Shown here: piece by piece, positions 15,591 to 21,941 of the stretch
Layout of the letters: every line of letters starts with the position of its first letter
Numbering within the stretch: the stretch's first letter is position 1
DNA from: a virus
Strand: one strand, 5' to 3'
DNA length: 21,941 nt
Virus genome (UHGV): UHGV-0105323
The notes under the pieces: model-generated
Database searches by the model: none
What the model was told of the DNA's origin: nothing
Seen by the model: only the letters and a program-made list of their open reading frames with translations
Made by a program: the position numbers and the translations under genes

Positions 15591-16328
15591 ATGCTCTATA
15601 GCAATATATTGGCACATGCCCGGCGGTGTGCGCCTGCGGAGTCGTGCGGCTTCGTGGTGAGAACGCCGGAGGGGGAGCGGTATATCCCTTGTGTGAATAT
15701 TTCCGCAGAGCCGGAGGCGTATTTTCGTATCGCACCGGAAGACTGGCTGCGGGCAGAGATGCAGGGGGAGATTGTGGCGCTGGTTCACAGTCATCCCGGT
15801 GGTCTGCCCTGGCTGAGCGAGGCTGACCGGCGGCTGCAGATAAAAAGCGCACTGCCCTGGTGGCTGGTCAGCCGGGGTGACATTCACAAATTCCGCTGTG
15901 TGCCACACCTGACGGGACGGCGCTTTGAGCACGGGGTGACGGACTGTTACACGCTGTTCCGGGATGCTTATCATCTGGCGGGGACTGAAATGCCGGATTT
16001 TCATCGCGAGGATGACTGGTGGCGCAACGGTCAGAACCTTTACCTGGACAATATGGAGGGAACGGGCTTTTACCGGGTGCCCCTGTCCTCTGCACAGGCG
16101 GGCGATATTCTGCTGTGCTGCTTTGGTGCTTCGGTACCGAACCATGCCGCCATTTACTGCGGCAACGGTGAGCTGCTTCACCATCTGCCTGAACAACTGA
16201 GTAAACGGGAGAGGTATTCCGAAAAATGGCAACGACGAACGCATTCTGTCTGGCGTCACCGCCACTGGCACGCATCTGCCTTCACGGGGATTTACAACGA
16301 TTTGGCCGCCGCCTCAGCCTGTATGTGA
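15591..16328 (+). CDS. K: Tail assembly protein K (JAB/MPN plus NlpC/P60-like)
   Basis: Start at the internal ATG (MLYSNILAHARRCAPAESCGFVV) with AGGAG RBS; MPN motif (ALVHSHPGG) and a downstream Cys/His peptidase-like region as in lambda gpK. The 3' end overlaps gene I by about 100 nt in another frame, so the exact stop is uncertain. Confidence 0.8.
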   Translation: MLYSNILAHARRCAPAESCGFVVRTPEGERYIPCVNISAEPEAYFRIAPEDWLRAEMQGEIVALVHSHPGGLPWLSEADRRLQIKSALPWWLVSRGDIHKFRCVPHLTGRRFEHGVTDCYTLFRDAYHLAGTEMPDFHREDDWWRNGQNLYLDNMEGTGFYRVPLSSAQAGDILLCCFGASVPNHAAIYCGNGELLHHLPEQLSKRERYSEKWQRRTHSVWRHRHWHASAFTGIYNDLAAASACM

Positions 16329-16906
16329 ACACGGCAGCGGAAGCCATCCGCGCCCTGTCGATGCAGATGCCGGGCTTTCGCCGTCAGATGAACGAAGGCT
16401 GGTACCAGATACGTATTGCCGGTGATGACACGGCACCGGAGGCGGTGTACGCCCGTCTTCACGAACAGCTGGGTGAGGGAACGGTCATCCACATTGTGCC
16501 GCGACTGGCCGGGGCCGGAAAGGGTGGACTGCAGATTGTGCTGGGGGCGGCAGCCATCGTGGGCTCTTTCTTCACTGCCGGGGCATCAATGGCGTTATGG
16601 GGTTCAGCCCTGAGTGCCGGTGGTTTTTCTGCCACCACGATGCTGTTTTCACTGGGGGCCAGCATGATACTGGGCGGTGTGGCACAGATGCTGGCCCCGA
16701 AGGCAAAAACACCGGATTACCGCGTAACGGATAACGGCAGACAGAACACGTACTTTTCCTCGCTGGATAACATGATTGCCCAGGGGAACCCGATGCCGGT
16801 GCCTTACGGGGAAATGCTGGTTGGCTCCCGGCGAATCTCCCAGGACATCAGTACCCGTGATGAAGGCGGGGGCGGAAAGGTCGTGGTTATCGGGCGGCAG
16901 GGGTAA
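16226..16906 (+). CDS. I: Tail assembly protein I
   Basis: 226-aa ORF (MATTNAFCLASPPLARICLHGDLQRFGRR...) with ubiquitin-like N-terminal region and Gly/Ala-rich hydrophobic C-terminal half, matching lambda gpI. Confidence 0.85.
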   Translation: MATTNAFCLASPPLARICLHGDLQRFGRRLSLYVNTAAEAIRALSMQMPGFRRQMNEGWYQIRIAGDDTAPEAVYARLHEQLGEGTVIHIVPRLAGAGKGGLQIVLGAAAIVGSFFTAGASMALWGSALSAGGFSATTMLFSLGASMILGGVAQMLAPKAKTPDYRVTDNGRQNTYFSSLDNMIAQGNPMPVPYGEMLVGSRRISQDISTRDEGGGGKVVVIGRQG

Positions 16907-16913
16907 AAAGAAT

Positions 16914-16952
16914 AAAAAAATCCCGCAGTGATCGCGGACAGGAACTGCGGGA
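16914..16952 (-). terminator. Reverse-strand rho-independent terminator-like hairpin
   Basis: 9-bp inverted repeat TCCCGCAGT...ACTGCGGGA; on the reverse strand the hairpin is followed by T7. Confidence 0.45.
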
Positions 16953-17114
16953 GAGTTACGAAGATTAAGTGTAAGGAATTATTCTTATGTCACGACAAAA
17001 AAATTAACGCAGAGAAATTATAAGTGCCACAGGGATTTTGTGAAAATGTGAAGATATTCAGAGTTTTTCTGTTTGTTCTTCTGGCGAGAGCGGATTCATT
17101 GACTGGTGGAGAAA

Positions 17115-17140
17115 AGGTAAGGGGGCAGCTCCCCTTACCA
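17115..17140 (-). terminator. Terminator of sodC (reverse strand)
   Basis: 9-bp stem GGTAAGGGG/CCCCTTACC just downstream of the sodC stop, followed on the reverse strand by TTTTCTCC. Confidence 0.55.
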
Positions 17141-17146
17141 GACTTG

Positions 17147-17674
17147 TTATGGGATGATACCACAGCCCATTCTTGCACCGCCGCCGCCGAGTGGATCTGG
17201 ATGGTCATGATAGTTGTCACCGCCAATGTGGATCATAAGAGACCGTCCGCTTATTTCTGTTAATTCTTTCAGTTTTGGTGCGAGAACCGGATAGTTTGCT
17301 TTTCCGTCATGAGTCACGTACAGAGCCGGGAGATCGCCCAGGTGACCATCAGGAGACCAGGGACCAAGATGTTTTCCAGTCTGTTTCGGGTCAAAGTGAC
17401 CGCCAGCTGCTAATGCCGCAACAGATACTCCATCTTTCAGAGCCGGCGCGCAACTTCCCTTTTCGTGCACATGAAATCCATGAATGCCCTGAGGTAAAGA
17501 GTGCAGATCTGGTGTGAACAGGAGACCATAGCTGGTCTCCTGGATAGTTATTGTTCCGGCGCTCACCTCTTTACCATCGGCATTAACAAGGTTCATGGGG
17601 ACTTTTATTGTGGCGGCATATCCACATGATGTTGCCAGCACCATTGCAATAGCAGCAAGACTTTTACGGTTCAT
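17147..17674 (-). CDS. sodC: Periplasmic Cu,Zn superoxide dismutase
   Basis: 175-aa ORF with signal peptide ([20 protein letters not shown]) and Cu/Zn-SOD metal-ligand motifs ([28 protein letters not shown]); reverse-strand insert between tail genes I and J. Confidence 0.9.
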   Translation of the reverse strand: MNRKSLAAIAMVLATSCGYAATIKVPMNLVNADGKEVSAGTITIQETSYGLLFTPDLHSLPQGIHGFHVHEKGSCAPALKDGVSVAALAAGGHFDPKQTGKHLGPWSPDGHLGDLPALYVTHDGKANYPVLAPKLKELTEISGRSLMIHIGGDNYHDHPDPLGGGGARMGCGIIP

Positions 17675-17809
17675 AAAACCCTCATTAATTATTTTAACAG
17701 ACTGAGTTTACTGACTGCAGGAGTACAAACAGCGTTCTGATGATATCGCGCAATAGTTATTGAATGTGACTATTGCTTCGATTGATCATATCAATTAACA
17801 GGAGTTATC

Positions 17810-20800
17810 ATGGGTAAAGGTGGCGGCAAGGCGCACACACCTCGTGAGGCGAAGGATAATCTCAAATCCACGCAGATGATGAGCGTGATTGATGCGATTG
17901 GTGAGGGACCGATAGAAGGTCCGGTGAAGGGACTGCAGAGTATCCTGGTGAACAAAACCCCGCTGACGGACACGGACGGTAATCCCGTGATACACGGTGT
18001 GACCGCCGTCTGGCGTGCCGGGGAGCAGGAGCAGACACCACCGGAAGGCTTTGAGTCCTCCGGAGCTGAAACCGCACTGGGCGTGGAAGTGACGAAGGCA
18101 AAGCCGGTGACGCGCACCATTACGTCCGCGAACATTGACCGCCTGCGGGTGACCTTCGGGGTGCAGTCACTGGTGGAGACCACCTCAAAGGGTGACCGTA
18201 ATCCGACGTCTGTCCGCCTGCTGATTCAGCTTGAGCGTGGTGGTAAATGGATGACGGAAAAGGATGTCACCATTAACGGCAAGACCACCTCGCAGTTCCT
18301 GGCGTCGGTGATTCTGGATAATCTGCCGCCCCGGCCCTTTAACATCCGGATGGTCAGGGAGACGGCGGACAGCACCACGGACCAGCTGCAGAATAAGACG
18401 CTCTGGTCGTCATACACCGAAATCATCGATGTGAAACAGTGCTACCCGAACACGGCCATTGTGGGGCTGCAGGTGGATGCGGAGCAGTTCGGCGGCCAGC
18501 AGATGACGGTGAACTACCATATCCGCGGTCGCATCATCCAGGTGCCGTCAAACTATGACCCGGAAAAACGCACGTACAGTGGTATCTGGGACGGCAGTCT
18601 GAAACCGGCATACAGCAACAACCCGGCCTGGTGCCTGTGGGACATGCTGACTCACCCGCGCTACGGGATGGGAAAACGTCTGGGGGCGGCGGATGTGGAC
18701 AAGTGGGCGCTGTATGCCATCGGGCAGTACTGCGACCAGACGGTCCCGGATGGTTTCGGGGGCACAGAGCCGCGGATGACCTTTAATGCGTACCTGGCAC
18801 AACAGCGTAAGGCGTGGGACGTTCTCAGTGATTTCTGCTCGGCGATGCGCTGTATGCCGGTATGGAACGGCCAGACGCTGACGTTCGTTCAGGACCGCCC
18901 GTCGGATGTGGTGTGGCCGTACACCAACAGCGATGTGGTGGTGGATGATAACGGCGTGGGGTTCCGCTACAGCTTCAGTGCCCTGAAGGACCGGCACACG
19001 GCGGTGGAGGTGAATTACACCGACCCGCAGAACGGCTGGCAGACCTCCACGGAACTGGTGGAAGACCCGGAAGCCATACTGCGCTACGGACGCAACCTGC
19101 TGAAGATGGACGCGTTCGGCTGTACCAGCCGCGGTCAGGCCCACCGTGCCGGACTGTGGGTGATAAAGACCGAACTGCTGGAAACGCAGACGGTGGATTT
19201 CACACTCGGGTCACAGGGGCTGCGGCACACACCCGGTGACATCATTGAAATCTGTGATAACGACTATGCCGGAACCCTGACCGGCGGACGTGTCCTGTCC
19301 ATTGATGCTGCCACCCGCACCCTGACGCTGGACCGTGAAGTGACACTTCCGGGGACAGGTGCATCGACGGTGAACCTGATTAACGGCAGCGGTAAGCCGG
19401 TGAGTGTGGACATCACCGCACACCCCGCGCCGGACCGGATACAGGTCAGTACCCTGCCTGATGGTGTGGAGACATACGGGGTGTGGGGACTCTCCCTGCC
19501 GTCACTGCGCCGTCGCCTGTTCCGCTGTGTGGCCATCCGGGAAAACACGGACGGCACCTTTGCCATCACGGCGGTGCAGCACGTACCGGAAAAAGAAGCC
19601 ATTGTGGATAACGGAGCCCGCTTTGAGCCGCAGTCAGGCACCCTGAACAGCGTTATCCCTCCGGCAGTGCAGCACCTGACGGTGGAGGTGAGCGCAGCTG
19701 ACGGCCAGTATCTGGCGCTGGCGAAATGGGACACGCCGAGGGTGGTGAAGGGCGTGCGCTTCAGTCTGCGCCTGACCAGTGGAAGCGGTGAGAACAGCCG
19801 CCTGCTGACCACCGCCATCACTGCCGATACGGAGCACCGTTTCAGTGGCCTGCCTCTCGGGGAATACACCCTGACGGTCAGGGCGATTAACAGCTATGGC
19901 CAGCAGGGCGAACCCGCCACCACCACGTTCCGGATTAACGCACCGGCAGCGCCTGCCGGTGTTGAACTGACGCCGGGGTATTTTCAGATAACGGCAGTCC
20001 CGAAACTGACCATTTATGACCCGACGGTGCAGTTTGAGTTCTGGTTTTCGGAGGCAAAAATTGCAGACGCCGCACAGGTGGAAACCTCTGCCCGTTATCT
20101 GGGGACCGGCAGTCAGTGGAGTGTCTCCGGTCCGCACATTAAGCCCGGAAAGGATTTCTGGTTTTATGTGCGCAGCGTCAACCTGGTGGGTAAATCTGCT
20201 TTTGTGGAAGCCAGTGGACGGGCGAGCAATGATGCTGCGGGCTATCTGGAACTTTTCCGGGAAAAGATAGGAAAACTGCATCTGGCAGAGGCGCTGTGGG
20301 CAGAGATTGACAACAGTCAGCTGAAGGACGAGATGGCGGAAATGCAGACCACCATCACAGAAACCCGCAATGAAATCACACAGACGGTCAGTAAAACGCT
20401 GGAGGACCAGAGCGCCACCATACAGCAGATACAGCGCGTGCAGAAGGACACAAATGATGACCTTGCTGCACTTTACATGCTGAAGGTACAGAAAACAAAA
20501 AATGGCATACCCTATGTTGCCGGTATTGGAGCGGGGATTGAGGATACTGATGGCCAGCCCCTGAGCAACATACTGCTGCTGGCTGACCGTATTGCGATGA
20601 TTAACCCGGAGGACGGCAACACCACGCCGTTATTTGTGGCGCAGGGGAATCAGTTGTTCATGAACGATGTGTTCCTGAAGCGGCTGTTTGCGGTGAGTAT
20701 CACCTCGTCCGGCAATCCCCCGACGTTTTCCCTGACGCCGGAGGGCAGGCTGACCGCAAGAAATGCTGATATCAGCGGTAACGTGAATGCGAATTCCGGG

Positions 20801-21283
20801 ACGCTCAACAACGTCACGATTAACGAGAACTGTCGGGTTCTGGGAAAACTGTCCGCGAACCAGATTGAAGGCGATCTCGTTAAAACAGTGGGCAAAGCTT
20901 TCCCCCGGGACTCCCGTGCACCGGAGCGGTGGCCATCAGGGACCATTACCGTCAGGGTTTATGACGATCAGCCGTTTGACAGGCAGATTGTTATTCCGGC
21001 GGTGGCATTCAGTGGCGCTAAGCATAAGAGAGAGCATACTGATATTTACTCCTCATGCCGTCTGATAGTGCGGAAAAACGGTGCTGAAATTTATAACCGT
21101 ACCGCGCTGGATAATACGCTGATTTACAGTGGCGTTATTGATATGCCTGCCGGTCACGGTCACATGACGCTGGAGTTTTCGGTATCAGCATGGCTGGTGA
21201 ATAACTGGTATCCCACAGCAAGTATCAGCGATTTGCTGGTTGTGGTGATGAAGAAAGCCACCGCAGGCATCAGTATCAGCTGA
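17810..21283 (+). CDS. J: Host specificity protein J (central tail fiber)
   Basis: 1157-aa ORF with AGGAG RBS; N-terminus [39 protein letters not shown] and many internal blocks collinear with lambda gpJ. Confidence 0.9.
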   Translation: MGKGGGKAHTPREAKDNLKSTQMMSVIDAIGEGPIEGPVKGLQSILVNKTPLTDTDGNPVIHGVTAVWRAGEQEQTPPEGFESSGAETALGVEVTKAKPVTRTITSANIDRLRVTFGVQSLVETTSKGDRNPTSVRLLIQLERGGKWMTEKDVTINGKTTSQFLASVILDNLPPRPFNIRMVRETADSTTDQLQNKTLWSSYTEIIDVKQCYPNTAIVGLQVDAEQFGGQQMTVNYHIRGRIIQVPSNYDPEKRTYSGIWDGSLKPAYSNNPAWCLWDMLTHPRYGMGKRLGAADVDKWALYAIGQYCDQTVPDGFGGTEPRMTFNAYLAQQRKAWDVLSDFCSAMRCMPVWNGQTLTFVQDRPSDVVWPYTNSDVVVDDNGVGFRYSFSALKDRHTAVEVNYTDPQNGWQTSTELVEDPEAILRYGRNLLKMDAFGCTSRGQAHRAGLWVIKTELLETQTVDFTLGSQGLRHTPGDIIEICDNDYAGTLTGGRVLSIDAATRTLTLDREVTLPGTGASTVNLINGSGKPVSVDITAHPAPDRIQVSTLPDGVETYGVWGLSLPSLRRRLFRCVAIRENTDGTFAITAVQHVPEKEAIVDNGARFEPQSGTLNSVIPPAVQHLTVEVSAADGQYLALAKWDTPRVVKGVRFSLRLTSGSGENSRLLTTAITADTEHRFSGLPLGEYTLTVRAINSYGQQGEPATTTFRINAPAAPAGVELTPGYFQITAVPKLTIYDPTVQFEFWFSEAKIADAAQVETSARYLGTGSQWSVSGPHIKPGKDFWFYVRSVNLVGKSAFVEASGRASNDAAGYLELFREKIGKLHLAEALWAEIDNSQLKDEMAEMQTTITETRNEITQTVSKTLEDQSATIQQIQRVQKDTNDDLAALYMLKVQKTKNGIPYVAGIGAGIEDTDGQPLSNILLLADRIAMINPEDGNTTPLFVAQGNQLFMNDVFLKRLFAVSITSSGNPPTFSLTPEGRLTARNADISGNVNANSGTLNNVTINENCRVLGKLSANQIEGDLVKTVGKAFPRDSRAPERWPSGTITVRVYDDQPFDRQIVIPAVAFSGAKHKREHTDIYSSCRLIVRKNGAEIYNRTALDNTLIYSGVIDMPAGHGHMTLEFSVSAWLVNNWYPTASISDLLVVVMKKATAGISIS

Positions 21284-21301
21284 ATTTTATAACCCATATA
21301 C

Positions 21302-21327
21302 GGGCGCCAGAAATGGCGCCTTTTTTA
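21302..21327 (+). terminator. Rho-independent terminator after J
   Basis: GGCGCC-AGAAAT-GGCGCC followed by TTTTTT. Confidence 0.65.
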
Positions 21328-21350
21328 TTGCAGAAAAGCGAGAGGTAATT

Positions 21351-21941
21351 ATGCGTAAAGTTTGTGCAGCCATTTTGTCCGCAGCCATCTGTCTGGCCGT
21401 ATCCGGTGCGCCTGCATGGGCGTCTGAGCAGCAGGCCACGCTGAGTGCGGGGTATCTTCATGCCCTGACGAACACTACCGGTAGTGATGATCTGAACGGG
21501 ATTAACGTGAAATACCGTTATGAATTTACGGACACGCTGGGGCTGATTACGTCATTCAGTTATGCCAATGCTGAAGGTGAGCAAAAAACGCACTACAACG
21601 ATACCCGCTGGCATGAGGATTCTGTGCGTAACCGCTGGTTCAGCGTGATGGCGGGGCCATCTGTGCGCGTGAATGAATGGTTCAGCGCTTATGCGCTGGC
21701 CGGAGTGTCGTATGCCCGGGTGTCGTCTTTTGCCGGTGATTATGTGACCCTCACGTCAGATGAGGGTAAAAAGCAGGAGCACCTGACCCGTTCGGACAGC
21801 GGACGCCGCAGCCATACCGCACTGACATACAGTGCAGGCGTGCAGATTAACCCGACAGAAAATATCGTGGTCGACCTGGCTTATGAAGCCTCAGGACGTG
21901 GTGACTGGCGTACGGATGCGTTTATTGTCGGCACCGGATAC
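21351..21941 (+). CDS. lom: Lom/Ail-family outer membrane protein (3' end beyond the window)
   Basis: ATG with GAGAGG RBS; signal peptide then NGINVKYRYEFTD...GVQINPTENIVVDLAYEASGRGDWRTDAFIVGTGY, matching the Lom/Ail/PagC beta-barrel family; immediately follows J as in lambda. Absent from the ORF track because no stop falls inside the window. Confidence 0.8.
   Translation, partial: MRKVCAAILSAAICLAVSGAPAWASEQQATLSAGYLHALTNTTGSDDLNGINVKYRYEFTDTLGLITSFSYANAEGEQKTHYNDTRWHEDSVRNRWFSVMAGPSVRVNEWFSAYALAGVSYARVSSFAGDYVTLTSDEGKKQEHLTRSDSGRRSHTALTYSAGVQINPTENIVVDLAYEASGRGDWRTDAFIVGTGY

Noticed and set aside
15579-16275. Reverse-strand ORFs of 230 aa and 135 aa antisense to tail assembly gene K
   Set aside because: Fully overlapped by the K coding sequence on the opposite strand; translations are low-complexity with no motifs.
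17862-20281. Several long reverse-strand ORFs (for example 18548-19144, 19264-19869, 19634-20281) inside gene J
   Set aside because: They lie antisense to a 1157-aa ORF with strong collinear similarity to lambda J; GC-rich coding DNA commonly gives long antisense ORFs, and none has an RBS or recognisable motif.
1-21941. CRISPR array, integrase/attachment site or insertion sequence
   Set aside because: No regularly spaced direct repeats with unique spacers, no transposase- or integrase-like ORFs, and no terminal inverted repeats were seen; the window looks internal to a prophage.

Overview
This window reads as the late region of a mosaic, apparently defective lambdoid (Stx-phage-like) prophage of an enterobacterial host, probably Escherichia or Shigella; all calls are from reading the sequence and ORF translations, with no database search run. 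Left to right: an unknown 101-aa gene, an orphan DNA methyltransferase, three tRNA genes, a TerB-like gene plus a tiny membrane ORF sitting where Stx phages carry stx, a NanS-p-like esterase, and a lysis cassette (pinholin, 176-aa insert, SAR endolysin, two tiny membrane ORFs, Rz with embedded Rz1). Then come an RHH gene, an HNH endonuclease, a GTTAAC-repeat cos-like region and the terminase small subunit. The terminase large subunit is cut to about 60 codons and runs directly into the C-terminus of the tape-measure protein, so the head and proximal tail genes appear deleted. The lambda-like tail genes M, L, K, I, J and lom follow, interrupted by three cargo insertions: a porin between M and L, a P22 immI-like mnt/arc/ant module with a ClpP-fold peptidase coupled to mnt between L and K, and a reverse-strand sodC between I and J. 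The best candidates for an undescribed system are the Mnt-coupled ClpP-like peptidase, the insert between holin and endolysin, and the TerB-like pair in the stx slot.
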